A DNA stretch of 64,000 bases, taken from the NCBI GenBank assembly GCA_964572865.1, contig CAZNGN010000005.1, positions 48,104 through 112,103 on the forward strand, in the 5' to 3' direction. Position 1 is the first letter of the stretch. Each line of letters starts with the position of its first letter. The position numbers were made by a program, and so were the translations under genes. Below the pieces are notes generated by a model, which saw only the letters and a list, made by a program, of their open reading frames with translations, was not told where the DNA came from and did not search any database. The stretch comes from an uncultured Bacteriovoracaceae bacterium. GTDB lineage: Bacteria > Bdellovibrionota > UBA1018 > UBA923. Shown one piece after another: positions 37,247 to 46,943 of this stretch.

Positions 37247-39703
37247 TTAATGCGTCGGAGTTTGAGTCGAACTATCTGACTCGCCCGCCTTTGATGTCGG
37301 AATAATCTCATCTGAGATTACTTTCTTTTTTAAGAATTCCTCAGGATTTTTCACATCTAAAGCTGTACGCAATACATCGTCAGCATTATCTACTGGAATG
37401 ATTGTCATACCTTTAGTGATCTCTTTTGGAATTTTCTTAAGATCAGGAGCATTTTGCTTTGGAATCAATACTGTATCAACTCCAGCAATTTTTGCTGCAA
37501 GCAATTTCTCTTTTAATCCACCGATTTGAAGTACACGTCCGCGAAGGGTGATTTCACCAGTCATCGCCACATTTTTCTTCACTGGCACTTTCAATACTGC
37601 TGAAGCAATTGAAGTTGCCATTGTCACACCTGCCGATGGTCCATCTTTTGGAGTAGCACCTTCTGGCACGTGAATGTGTAAATCGATTTTTTCAAAGAAA
37701 TCGCGATCTAATCCCAATCTATCTGAACGAGAGCGAACAAAAGACAATGCAGCTTGTGCAGACTCTTGCATTACCTCACCCAATTTACCAGTAATAGTAA
37801 CTTTACCTTTACCCGGAAATAGCGTGGTTTCGATTTGTAACATATCGCCGCCCACTTCAGTCCAAGCAAGACCGTTCACAAGACCGATTTCGTTTTTCTC
37901 TTCGGTCATTGTAGAAAGATAACGTGCTGGCCCCAATAATTTTTCAATCATTTGAGACGTAACAACAATTTTCTTGTCTGCTTTTTTCTTTTCACGACGA
38001 ACAATTACTTGTCTTGCCACTTTTCTACAAACTGTTGCTACCAATCGCTCAAGGTTACGAACACCTGATTCGCGTACATAGTTACGAATCATTGTGTGCA
38101 ACGCTTTTTCAGTGATTTCGATTTGCTTATCAGTTAAACCGTTTTCAGCAATTTGTTTTGGTAACAAATATTTTTTTGCGATGTTGAACTTTTCAAGCTC
38201 TGTGTAACCAGAAATTGAAATGATCTCCATACGATCAAGCAATGGTTTTGGAATTGAATGCAATGAGTTTGCAGTCAATACGAACATTACTTTAGAAAGA
38301 TCATAATCTACTTCTAAGTAATGATCGCCGAAGTCTTTGTTTTGTTCAGGATCTAACACTTCTAACAATGCAGCAGAAGGGTCGCCTCTGAAGTCCATCG
38401 ACATTTTATCAACTTCGTCTAACAAAAACACAGGGTTTGCAGTTCCGGCTTTTTTCATTGATTGAATGATTTTACCAGGGAGCGCTCCAACGTAAGTTCT
38501 ACGATGGCCTCTGATCTCTGCTTCGTCTCTTACTCCGCCCAAAGAGCAACGTACGAATTTACGTCCCAATGCTTTTGAAATAGATTTTGCTAAAGATGTT
38601 TTACCAACCCCTGGAGGTCCCGCAAAACATAAGATCGAACCTTTTAAGTTTTTATTTAACGATCTAACAGAAAGATATTCTAAAATTCTTTCTTTTACAT
38701 CATCAAGACCGTAATGATCTTCTTCAAGTACTTTTTCAGCAAGACCTAGATCTAACTTATCTTCAGTCATTTCAGACCATGGAATCGATACCAACCAATC
38801 GATATAGTTTCGAACCACAGTTGCTTCTGCTGACATTGGCGACATCATTTTGAGTTTCTTAAGCTCTTTCATCGCTTTTTCAGTAGCTTCTTTATTCATT
38901 TTCTTAGCGCGAATTTGTTTTTCTAAATTCATGAGTTCTGCTTTGAACTCATCTTTCTCGCCAAGCTCTTTTTGAATCGCAGACATTTGCTCGTTCAAAT
39001 AGTATTCTTTTTGAGATTTCTCCATTTGCTTCTTCACGCGAGTACGAATTCGTTTTTCAACTTGAAGAATTTCGATCTCACCTTGCATAAGAGCAAGCAA
39101 TCTCTCTAAGCGTTTACCAGTATCGGTAAGTTCAAGAGTAGCCTGCTTGTCTTCTAGTTTTAGATTTAAATGCGCAACGATGATGTCAGCCAAACGAGAA
39201 GGCTCTTCTACTGTTTGGATACTCATAAGCATTTCTGGTGGAATGCGTTTATTGAGTTTCACGTAGCTTTCGAAGGTTGTTTTTAAAGATCTGATCAATG
39301 CTTCTAATTCCACAGTCATTGTAATGTGGTCTTGAAGCTCTTCAATTTCCACCTTCATATAACGATCATTTGGAATGAACGATTTGATCTCAGCTCGTTT
39401 TTTTCCTTCAACTAAAACTTTTACGGTATTGTCTGGTAGTTTTAGAATTTGCAAAATGGTTCCGATGGTTCCAACTGTATAAATATCTTTTTCAGAAGGA
39501 TTTACGGTTCCTGCTTGCTTTTGCGCCACCAAAAAAAGCTCAGTCTTTTTATTGACTGCCTCTTCAAGTGCGTTGATCGATTTTTCACGACCTACGAACA
39601 ATGGCACTACCATGTGAGGGAATATAATCACGTCCCTTAATGGGAGAAGTGGTACTTGCATTCTGTTGCTTTTTTTCGATTCCTTCGATGATTCTTTCGA
39701 CAT
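37247..39703 (-). CDS. lon: ATP-dependent Lon protease
   Basis: 818 aa. LON N-domain [16 protein letters not shown], Walker [10 protein letters not shown] and protease motif [12 protein letters not shown]. Confidence 0.95.
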   Translation of the reverse strand: MSKESSKESKKSNRMQVPLLPLRDVIIFPHMVVPLFVGREKSINALEEAVNKKTELFLVAQKQAGTVNPSEKDIYTVGTIGTILQILKLPDNTVKVLVEGKKRAEIKSFIPNDRYMKVEIEELQDHITMTVELEALIRSLKTTFESYVKLNKRIPPEMLMSIQTVEEPSRLADIIVAHLNLKLEDKQATLELTDTGKRLERLLALMQGEIEILQVEKRIRTRVKKQMEKSQKEYYLNEQMSAIQKELGEKDEFKAELMNLEKQIRAKKMNKEATEKAMKELKKLKMMSPMSAEATVVRNYIDWLVSIPWSEMTEDKLDLGLAEKVLEEDHYGLDDVKERILEYLSVRSLNKNLKGSILCFAGPPGVGKTSLAKSISKALGRKFVRCSLGGVRDEAEIRGHRRTYVGALPGKIIQSMKKAGTANPVFLLDEVDKMSMDFRGDPSAALLEVLDPEQNKDFGDHYLEVDYDLSKVMFVLTANSLHSIPKPLLDRMEIISISGYTELEKFNIAKKYLLPKQIAENGLTDKQIEITEKALHTMIRNYVRESGVRNLERLVATVCRKVARQVIVRREKKKADKKIVVTSQMIEKLLGPARYLSTMTEEKNEIGLVNGLAWTEVGGDMLQIETTLFPGKGKVTITGKLGEVMQESAQAALSFVRSRSDRLGLDRDFFEKIDLHIHVPEGATPKDGPSAGVTMATSIASAVLKVPVKKNVAMTGEITLRGRVLQIGGLKEKLLAAKIAGVDTVLIPKQNAPDLKKIPKEITKGMTIIPVDNADDVLRTALDVKNPEEFLKKKVISDEIIPTSKAGESDSSTQTPTH

Positions 39704-39737
39704 AGTCTTTCGACCCCCTTACCTTACCTAAACTACA

Positions 39738-39766
39738 CCATGGGGCTAAATTTTAGTCAATTTCAG
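39738..39766 (-). promoter_or_regulatory. Sigma-32-like heat-shock promoter candidate for lon
   Basis: Minus strand: CTGAAA, 15-nt spacer, CCCCATGG (consensus CTTGAA-N13-17-CCCCATNT). The -10 element ends 34 nt upstream of the lon ATG. Confidence 0.45.
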
Positions 39767-40016
39767 AGGTGAGCATCTTAAAATTTGGTTTTATTTTTAG
39801 TAGGCAAATTTTGTATCGTATTCAGATGTTTTAGCATCATTTCAAATTTAGCTCGATGTAACGCGCGTTATGAATAGTCTTTTAAGACTATTTAACATAC
39901 GTTCATTCATTTATTTAAAAAATTCTTTAAACCATCGATACTTTAACCAAAACAATATATTAGATAATGTTATTTATTTACTTGAAATACCATTGCCCCA
40001 AAGATAATTTTATTTT

Positions 40017-40580
40017 GTGAGAAAAAACAAATTCCAATTTTCACTACCAGGATTTACACAAAAATCAAAAGCACTCAGTCACGGCGGTAGCCTCTCAATT
40101 GGAAAAAGAAAGACCGCTCGACCCTTTGATCGAAAACAAGCCCTTCATGTTGTATTGCGTTCTTCGAAGGCAATTGGCAAAAACTCAATGCTTACTCAAA
40201 AAAACCGCAAGCATATCGAACTCTTACTAAACCGCGTAAAAAAGAAGTGGAATATTCAAGTCTATCACTTTGCAAACGTAGGTAATCATATTCACTTATT
40301 GATTCGCGCTCGCAACAAAAGAGACTGGCAAAACTTCATTCGCGAACTAACAGGCGCCATCGCTGTGATCGTCACCAATGCTCGTAAAGGTATTGCTGGT
40401 AAATTCTGGGATCATTTGGTTTTCACAAGAATTGTGCAATTTGGAAGAGAGTTTACTGTTGCTACCGACTATATTTCGAAAAATTTGTGGGAATCAGTTG
40501 GCGTACCTGTGAGAAAATATTTAAAAGATGGATTTAAAATTTATGAGTTTAGTCGGCAGGGATTTTTGATAGTAAAATAA
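40017..40580 (+). CDS. IS200/IS605-family Y1 (HUH) transposase-like protein, RayT-like
   Basis: 187 aa. HUH motif VGNHIHLLIRA and candidate catalytic Tyr in ATDYISKN (compare YIxxNP). GTG start. No second IS gene. Confidence 0.55.
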   Translation: MRKNKFQFSLPGFTQKSKALSHGGSLSIGKRKTARPFDRKQALHVVLRSSKAIGKNSMLTQKNRKHIELLLNRVKKKWNIQVYHFANVGNHIHLLIRARNKRDWQNFIRELTGAIAVIVTNARKGIAGKFWDHLVFTRIVQFGREFTVATDYISKNLWESVGVPVRKYLKDGFKIYEFSRQGFLIVK

Positions 40581-40729
40581 ATTATGAAATAAAAAAGGTA
40601 TCATGTTTATTTACTGCCTCTATAAATTATAAATATCAGATTTAAACTTATTGAATATAAAACATACTTTTCATTTTTAAAAAAACATTCAACAACAATC
40701 GTTATTTTAAATTTAGTTTATAAAAATTT

Positions 40730-41110
40730 TTAAATCGTAGGGTCGTTAGCTTTTGAACACGAAACGTTTAATGAAGGTACCATATCCCAACCTCGAGATG
40801 AAGTATATGTTCCTACCCAACCTCGACCGTTTTCATCACAACACGCCCTTTGTGTATGTGCTGCATTTAAATAAACACATTTTACTGCAAGAGCAGGTGG
40901 CTCATTGTCATCACCCATTATAATTATTTTTGCATTTTCAGCAAATTCAATTGGTTTAGTTTCTTCTTTATCTTTAATAAAAGTTATTTCAGAAATCTGA
41001 CCTTTTTCATTATATATAATAGAATTTTCATCGGTTTTATAGACATCAAATGCAAAACTGTTAACTTGAATTACTAAAAATAAAAACAATATTTGAATCA
41101 AACGAACCAT
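40730..41110 (-). CDS. Hypothetical small secreted Cys-containing protein
   Basis: 126 aa. Signal peptide LIQILFLFLVIQVNSFA. GGGGG RBS. Sigma-54 promoter 28 nt upstream. Confidence 0.5.
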   Translation of the reverse strand: MVRLIQILFLFLVIQVNSFAFDVYKTDENSIIYNEKGQISEITFIKDKEETKPIEFAENAKIIIMGDDNEPPALAVKCVYLNAAHTQRACCDENGRGWVGTYTSSRGWDMVPSLNVSCSKANDPTI

Positions 41111-41137
41111 ATATCACCCCCGCCTATGACTAACTGG

Positions 41138-41153
41138 TGCAATTTAAAAGCCA
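41138..41153 (-). promoter_or_regulatory. Sigma-54 (-24/-12) promoter candidate
   Basis: Minus strand reads TGGCTT-TTAAA-TTGCA with exact consensus spacing. Lies 28 nt upstream of the ATG at 41110. Confidence 0.55.
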
Positions 41154-41370
41154 GAAATTTTGCTATGATTTCAATGTGTGTCTTTGTGACAAATTGTTAA
41201 TTTTTTAATCAATGTATAAGATTTTTTCAGTTAAATATTAAATACGTAGAGTTTTTTTATAAATTTTAATCGAGATAGGTCCTTTAGACACGTTGTATAC
41301 AAATAAACATCTACTTATAATATAAATTTTAAACATAAAAAAAGTATAACTATTAATTCAAGGAGGATTA

Positions 41371-41658
41371 ATGAATAAAATATTAATAATTATCATTATT
41401 TCTATAATTTCTCAAACATGCGCTGCAGATAACGCTTATTTTATCGGTTTACAAAAAATATCAGATGAATCTAAAATACAAATTCAAGAAATCATTAGTA
41501 AAGAAAATCCTGATATAAAAATAATTTATTCTAGTTCTAATAATGAAACGGAGAAACAAACTCGTAAATGCACTGATGGTCCTCATGACACCATTAAAAG
41601 TTGTAAAATTGATAATCCAAGAGATTGCATAGTAATTTTTGAAAGTAGTCTTGAATAA
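41371..41658 (+). CDS. Hypothetical small secreted protein
   Basis: 95 aa. Signal peptide ILIIIIISIISQTCAA. AGGAGG RBS. Confidence 0.45.
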   Translation: MNKILIIIIISIISQTCAADNAYFIGLQKISDESKIQIQEIISKENPDIKIIYSSSNNETEKQTRKCTDGPHDTIKSCKIDNPRDCIVIFESSLE

Positions 41659-41712
41659 TACCTTAATAAATAGGAATTAAGTTTATCAATTTATACATTT
41701 ATTAATAAAACC

Positions 41713-42972
41713 TTAAGCCGTCTCAGCTTTATCAGACATGACGACGATTGGTTTTTCTTGGCGAGATACGCAGTTCTTTGTTACAACAACTTTCTTCACG
41801 TTCTCTTTGTTTGGAACTTCAAACATTACATCAAGCATTGTTTGTTCCATGATCGCACGAAGACCTCTGGCACCAGTACCACGCTTGATTGCTTCTTTTG
41901 CGATTTCTTTAATTGCATCATCTTCAAACTCAAGCTCAACATTGTCGTACTTAAATAACTTTTGATATTGTTTCACCAAAGCGTTGCGAGGTTTGGTTAA
42001 AATATCTACCAATGCATCTTCTGAAAGTTCTTCTAACGTAGCAATCACAGGAAGACGACCGATGAATTCAGGAATTAATCCGAACTTAACCAAATCTTCA
42101 GGCTCCACTTTTGCTAACGTCTTTGAAAAAGATTCTTTTTCACGGCTTTCAATTTTTGCGCCCAACCCAAGTGCGCGCTTTCCTTGACGTGAGTTAATTA
42201 CTTTATCAAGACCTACGAAAGCTCCCCCAACGATGAACAAGATATTTGTTGTATCCACTTGAATGTATTCTTGTTGAGGATGTTTACGTCCGCCTTTCGG
42301 AGGAACAGCTGCCATCGTGCCTTCAAGAATTTTTAATAAAGCTTGTTGCACGCCTTCACCCGAAACATCGCGAGTAATCGAAGGGTTGTCGCCTTTACGA
42401 GAAATTTTATCAACTTCGTCTACATACACGATGCCTTTTTGTGCACGCTCAACATTGAAGTCACAGTTTTGTAAAAGATTTAAAATAATATTCTCAACGT
42501 CTTCACCCACATAACCTGCTTCGGTCAAAGTGGTCGCATCTGACATTGCAAATGGAACATTTAAAATCTTAGCTAGTGTTTGCGCAAGTAAGGTTTTTCC
42601 AGATCCGGTTGGTCCCACAAGCAAAATATTTGATTTAGAAATTTCAATTCCATCTTTATCTTTTGCTGCTTTGTTTTGAATTCGTTTGTAGTGGTTGTAC
42701 ACGGCTACTGACAAAACTTTTTTAGCTTGGTCTTGGCCAATGATGTACTCATCAAGATGCGTTTTAATTTCAGAAGGTTTTGGAATTTTCTCTGAAGGAG
42801 CTTTTTGAGTTTCTTTTTGTCCTTCTTCGGCAATGATGTCGTTACAAAGTTCAATACATTCATCACAAATGTAAACGGTTGGACCTGCGATCAGTTTTTT
42901 TACTTCGCGTTGGTTTTTTCCGCAAAAAGAACAACATAAGTTTCCGAAGCCATCGTTTTTGTTTTTATCCAT
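41713..42972 (-). CDS. clpX: ATP-dependent Clp protease ATP-binding subunit ClpX
   Basis: 419 aa. N-terminal zinc finger CSFCGK...CDEC and Walker [13 protein letters not shown]. Confidence 0.95.
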   Translation of the reverse strand: MDKNKNDGFGNLCCSFCGKNQREVKKLIAGPTVYICDECIELCNDIIAEEGQKETQKAPSEKIPKPSEIKTHLDEYIIGQDQAKKVLSVAVYNHYKRIQNKAAKDKDGIEISKSNILLVGPTGSGKTLLAQTLAKILNVPFAMSDATTLTEAGYVGEDVENIILNLLQNCDFNVERAQKGIVYVDEVDKISRKGDNPSITRDVSGEGVQQALLKILEGTMAAVPPKGGRKHPQQEYIQVDTTNILFIVGGAFVGLDKVINSRQGKRALGLGAKIESREKESFSKTLAKVEPEDLVKFGLIPEFIGRLPVIATLEELSEDALVDILTKPRNALVKQYQKLFKYDNVELEFEDDAIKEIAKEAIKRGTGARGLRAIMEQTMLDVMFEVPNKENVKKVVVTKNCVSRQEKPIVVMSDKAETA

Positions 42973-43070
42973 TTGAATTCCACTCTCTATAAGGTCTTAC
43001 TTCTTCAAATTCTATTGTAGTTCAATCTTCTCTTCGGCAAAAAGCGTAAAGTTTATTAACTTTAATTCGT

Positions 43071-43697
43071 TTAAAGCGTGTCGCGACTCGTCAAAACTTT
43101 ATCGATCAAACCGTACTTTGCAGCCTCTTCTGCTGAAAGGTAGTTATCGCGATCTGTGTCTTGTTTAATTTTGTTTACATCGTGACCTGTGTGCTTTGAG
43201 TAAATGCCATTGAGCTTGTCTTTAAGATAAAGAATTTCGCGAGCTTGAATCTCAATATCAGATGCCTGACCTCGAGCGCCCCCCAAAGGTTGGTGAATCA
43301 TAATTCTGCTATGCGGCAATGAATAACGCTTACCCTTAGCACCCGCAGTTAATAATAGAGATCCCATTGAAGCTGCCATTCCCAGACAATATGTAGAGAC
43401 GTCGCATTTGATAAATTGCATGACGTCGTAAATTGCTAGACCTGCGTAAACAGATCCTCCAGGAGAATTTATATAAAAATGAATGTCTTTATCTGGATCT
43501 TGGCTTTCAAGAAAAAACATCTGAGCCACAATTAAATTTGTGACCGTGTCGTTCACCTCAGTGCCTAAAAAGACAATGCGATCTATGAGAAGTCGTGAAT
43601 ATATGTCGTACGATCTTTCTCCGCGAGCAGTTTGCTCAACGACAATAGGATTAGGAATATAATTTGCCATCACATCGAGTGCTTGTTTTTTGTTCAT
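43071..43697 (-). CDS. clpP: ATP-dependent Clp protease proteolytic subunit
   Basis: 208 aa. [12 protein letters not shown], catalytic GMAASMGS and HQPLGG. The start could be the internal M at 43670. Confidence 0.95.
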   Translation of the reverse strand: MNKKQALDVMANYIPNPIVVEQTARGERSYDIYSRLLIDRIVFLGTEVNDTVTNLIVAQMFFLESQDPDKDIHFYINSPGGSVYAGLAIYDVMQFIKCDVSTYCLGMAASMGSLLLTAGAKGKRYSLPHSRIMIHQPLGGARGQASDIEIQAREILYLKDKLNGIYSKHTGHDVNKIKQDTDRDNYLSAEEAAKYGLIDKVLTSRDTL

Positions 43698-43742
43698 ATG
43701 AATTTAATTTTGTGCCTGAGAGTGACTTGTTTCAAGCTCTTT

Positions 43743-43940
43743 TCATTTGAGCTCTGACATTACTTCTTCTAAGTAGGCAGCCATTGCAGTGCGGATATCT
43801 TCTAGAGTAGCCTCTTTCGGATTTGATCCCACTTCTTTAAGTTTTCTTGCAAGTTCCAGAGCTGCCTCGTCCTTGGGGAGCCCTGAAAGTGCTGCAACTT
43901 CTTTAAACAACTCATTCCCTTGAATTGATTTTTTTGTCAT
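43743..43940 (-). CDS. Hypothetical small helical protein
   Basis: 65 aa from the ATG at 43940 (the track ORF starts at a TTG, 43952). No motif recognised. Occupies the slot where tig usually precedes clpP. Confidence 0.35.
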   Translation of the reverse strand: MTKKSIQGNELFKEVAALSGLPKDEAALELARKLKEVGSNPKEATLEDIRTAMAAYLEEVMSELK

Positions 43941-44012
43941 ATCGCAATACAAGCCTATTAAAGATCAAAAATCCTGCAAGTATTTTTTTCAAAAAATAGG
44001 TAAAATGTTTTC

Positions 44013-44183
44013 ATGTCCCCAAAGAAAAAGAAAAAAACAAAGAAAAAGACTACTCAAAAACAAAAATCAATCGTGAAAATGGTAAAAAATGTTTGTGAAA
44101 ACTGTGGGCATACAACCATCGAAAACCATTGCAAGTTAATTTGTCCCAAATGTGGAGCATCTAGAGATTGTTCTGACCCGTAA
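44013..44183 (+). CDS. Small Lys-rich zinc-ribbon protein (below the ORF-track size cutoff)
   Basis: Own translation: MSPKKKKKTKKKTTQKQKSIVKMVKNVCENCGHTTIENHCKLICPKCGASRDCSDP. 56 aa with CxxC-N12-CxxC. Confidence 0.45.
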   Translation: MSPKKKKKTKKKTTQKQKSIVKMVKNVCENCGHTTIENHCKLICPKCGASRDCSDP

Positions 44184-44234
44184 GTTAGATTTTTACTTGC
44201 CAGTACACTCCACATTGCTTACAAAAAAAGTACT

Positions 44235-45371
44235 ATGGCACACTTACCACCACAAATTCCGCAAAAATCAGGCATTTTTTCAAAACAAGCGCACGTCGAT
44301 GTTCCCGAAGGAACCTACGAAGACGAACACGCACGTAATGGGTTTTTCGGAAAAGCCACTCACCTTTATCATAAGCACGCGCCGACTGCGTGGACAAAAA
44401 TTGAGGGCAACTGTCTTCCTCACGCGTATGATTTAAATAAAATTATTTCTCAAGCGGTTGATCGCCCGCGAGCATTTCTAGCAAACAATGATGTTTGCTT
44501 ACATGTGTATGCTCCGAACAAAACAATGCCACATTATTTTAGAAATGGTGATGCAGATGAGTGTTGGTTTATTCATCAGGGTTCTGGCGAAATCGAAACT
44601 GATTTTGGTCCGTTAAAATATCGCAAAGGTGATTACATTATATTACCTCGCGGAACCACTTACCGATTTTTTCCAGAAGAAGGAAAAAAACAATACTATT
44701 TATTGATAGAATCTTTTTCAGAATATGAAATTCCAGATCACGGCCCATTAGGACGTCACGCATTTTTTGATCCAGGTGTTTTAGAAATTCCACAAGCAAA
44801 AGTAAGTACCGCACCTGCTACCAATGGCAAAGAATGGGAAGTAGTTGTAAAACGCTCAGGCGAATTTACAAAAGTATTTTATCCGTTTAATCCAATCGAC
44901 ACTGTTGGCTGGAAAGGCGATTTATTTGCATATCGATTGAACGTTGAAGACATTAGACCTATTATTAGCCCGCGTTTTCACTTACCACCAAGCGTTCATT
45001 CAACTTTTTTAGCGAAAAATTTTGTGGTGTGCACATTTGCACCTCGCCCTACTGAAACAGGCGATCCAAAAGCGCAACGTGTTCCGTTTTTTCATCGCAA
45101 TATTGACTACGATGAAGTGATTTTTTATCACGAAGGAGATTTTTTCTCTCGCTCTGGAATCATTGGCGAAGGAATGGTTACCTTTCATCCGATTGGAATT
45201 CACCACGGACCACATCCAAAAGCACATGCCAATCAATTCACAAAAGAATTTGCACAAGAGTATGCTGTGATGATTGATACCGTAAATATGTTGAAACCTG
45301 TAGATGTAGCGCCTGCCTCTGAAATTGCAGACTACAAAACATCTTGGAAAGGTTACAACGAGGGCAAATAA
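44235..45371 (+). CDS. Homogentisate 1,2-dioxygenase-like cupin dioxygenase
   Basis: 378 aa. NGDADECWFIHQGSGEIETDFG cupin segment, FHRNIDYDEVIFYHEG, HPIGIHHGPHP. Shorter than canonical HmgA. Confidence 0.55.
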   Translation: MAHLPPQIPQKSGIFSKQAHVDVPEGTYEDEHARNGFFGKATHLYHKHAPTAWTKIEGNCLPHAYDLNKIISQAVDRPRAFLANNDVCLHVYAPNKTMPHYFRNGDADECWFIHQGSGEIETDFGPLKYRKGDYIILPRGTTYRFFPEEGKKQYYLLIESFSEYEIPDHGPLGRHAFFDPGVLEIPQAKVSTAPATNGKEWEVVVKRSGEFTKVFYPFNPIDTVGWKGDLFAYRLNVEDIRPIISPRFHLPPSVHSTFLAKNFVVCTFAPRPTETGDPKAQRVPFFHRNIDYDEVIFYHEGDFFSRSGIIGEGMVTFHPIGIHHGPHPKAHANQFTKEFAQEYAVMIDTVNMLKPVDVAPASEIADYKTSWKGYNEGK

Positions 45372-45374
45372 TCG

Positions 45375-46004
45375 ATGAAAGAGTTTGATTTTAGAGCGTT
45401 GCCTTTTCAAAACGCCTACAAACTTTTATTAGGAGCAGTGGTACCACGACCCATTGCTTGGGTTTCTACAATTTCTTCGAACGGACTCACAAACCTTGCA
45501 CCTTTTAGTTTTTTCAATGCCGTTTGTTCGAATCCACCGACTCTGATGTTTAGTGTAACGGTTCAACCTGATCTTTCTGAGAAAGACACTTTACGAAATA
45601 TTAAAGACACAAAAGAATTCGTAGTTCACGTAGTAGACGAGAAAAACACTCAACTAATGAACTCGACTTCGGGCGATTACCCCAAAACCGTAAGCGAGAT
45701 TGAAGCTCTTAAAATTGAAACTCTACCTTCAAAACTTGTAAAACCTCCCCGAATTAAAGTCTCAAACGTTCATATGGAATGCGTTTTAGATAGAATTATA
45801 CCAATTGGAGACGGATCTTTAGGTAGTGCTACCATCGTTTTAGGTAAAGTCGTTTATATGCACGTTAATGAGTCAGTCATGAAAGATGACAATATAGACA
45901 CGGCTCTCTTAACGCCCGTAGCTCGAGTTGCTGGGTTTAATTATATACCCGCCCGCGAGGTTTTTGGTATGCCGCGACCAAAAATCGACTCCCCTACAAA
46001 ATAA
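45375..46004 (+). CDS. Flavin reductase-like (FMN-binding split-barrel) protein
   Basis: 209 aa. VVPRPIAWVSTISSNGLTNLAPFSFFNAV is the typical family N-terminus. Confidence 0.75.
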   Translation: MKEFDFRALPFQNAYKLLLGAVVPRPIAWVSTISSNGLTNLAPFSFFNAVCSNPPTLMFSVTVQPDLSEKDTLRNIKDTKEFVVHVVDEKNTQLMNSTSGDYPKTVSEIEALKIETLPSKLVKPPRIKVSNVHMECVLDRIIPIGDGSLGSATIVLGKVVYMHVNESVMKDDNIDTALLTPVARVAGFNYIPAREVFGMPRPKIDSPTK

Positions 46005-46078
46005 GCCAACAAAAACGTTGCAATTGCGCGCCATCTTGAATAAAAACATACCTCTATAAATTTTTAAGGAGTCTACAT

Positions 46079-46429
46079 ATGAACTTGAGCGGAGCCGTGA
46101 AAACGAAGCTTAAAAAAGGCGATATGGTTGTCATCATCGCAGGCCGTGAAAAAGGCAAACAAGGTAAAATCAAAGAAATTTTGAAAAAGAAAAACAGAGC
46201 AACTGTTGAAGGTTTAAATATGATTACACGTCATACAAAACCAACTCAAAAAAATCCTCAAGGTGGAAAAACCACTGAAGAAGGAACATTGCACATCTCT
46301 AATTTGATGTTGCTTGATCCAAAATCTGGCAAACCAACAAGAATTGGAAGCAAAGTTTCTACAGATAAAAAAACTGGCAAAAACACAATCACTCGTTACG
46401 CAAAAGATAGCGGAACAGAATTAAAATAA
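46079..46429 (+). CDS. rplX: Ribosomal protein L24 (uL24)
   Basis: 116 aa. KOW motif KKGDMVVIIAGREKGKQGKI and LHISNLMLLDPKSGKPTRIG. Not in an rplN-rplX-rplE context. Confidence 0.8.
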   Translation: MNLSGAVKTKLKKGDMVVIIAGREKGKQGKIKEILKKKNRATVEGLNMITRHTKPTQKNPQGGKTTEEGTLHISNLMLLDPKSGKPTRIGSKVSTDKKTGKNTITRYAKDSGTELK

Positions 46430-46447
46430 TTTTTGGAGAATTAAAAA

Positions 46448-46747
46448 ATGGAAAAGCGTTATAAAAAAGATCATTCAGAAAAACACCACGGCAGAGATCG
46501 CGATCGCGATGGCGGATACGATGATGGTGGAGATCGTGGATTTCGTAAAAGAAGAGCACGTCCAGCTGCTGACCAAGTTTTTGATTATAAAGATTTAGAC
46601 ACCTTGAAACAATTCGTTGCTGAAGATGGCAAAATTGTTCCAGCTCGTATTTCTAAAATCAGTTACAAACAACAAAGACAACTTACTCAAGCAATCAAAA
46701 GAGCAAGACAACTTGCTTTATTGCCAGTGAGCGCGTCGCACATTTAA
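46448..46747 (+). CDS. rpsR: Ribosomal protein S18 (bS18) with an Arg/Asp/Gly-rich N-terminal extension
   Basis: 99 aa. [49 protein letters not shown]. Not next to rpsF or rplI. Confidence 0.8.
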   Translation: MEKRYKKDHSEKHHGRDRDRDGGYDDGGDRGFRKRRARPAADQVFDYKDLDTLKQFVAEDGKIVPARISKISYKQQRQLTQAIKRARQLALLPVSASHI

Positions 46748-46782
46748 TTTTTAGATTCCTGTAGTTTAGGAATTTATATTCA

Positions 46783-46828
46783 AGCCGAAGTGTTCACCTC
46801 AAATGACTCTTCGGCTTTTTTATTTTTT
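46783..46828 (+). terminator. Rho-independent terminator after rpsR
   Basis: Stem AGCCGAAG/CTTCGGCT (18-nt loop) followed by TTTTTTATTTTTT. Confidence 0.65.
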
Positions 46829-46859
46829 GCAGTATACATTTGAGGACTTTCAAAATCAC

Positions 46860-46936
46860 GATCCCGTAGCTCAGTTGGATAGAGCATCTGCCTTCTAAGC
46901 AGAGGGTCGCAAGTTCGAATCTTGCCGGGATCGCCA
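46860..46936 (+). tRNA. tRNA-Arg (anticodon UCU), CCA encoded
   Basis: Manual cloverleaf. Acceptor GATCCCG/CGGGATC, D arm GCTC/GAGC, anticodon stem TCTGC/GCAGA with loop CTTCTAA, T arm GCAAG-TTCGAAT-CTTGC, discriminator G, CCA. 77 nt. Confidence 0.9.
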
Positions 46937-46943
46937 GACTTTT

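Noticed and set aside
39981-40005. CTTGAAA ... CCCCAAAG upstream of the Y1 transposase-like gene, considered as a sigma-32 promoter.
   Set aside because: Only 8 nt separate the two elements, whereas 13-17 are needed.
41663-41705. AT-only inverted repeat TTAATAAAT...ATTTATTAA between the 95-aa gene and the clpX stop, considered as a bidirectional terminator or an element end.
   Set aside because: The stem is pure A/T and very weak. Such matches are expected by chance in this extremely AT-rich spacer.
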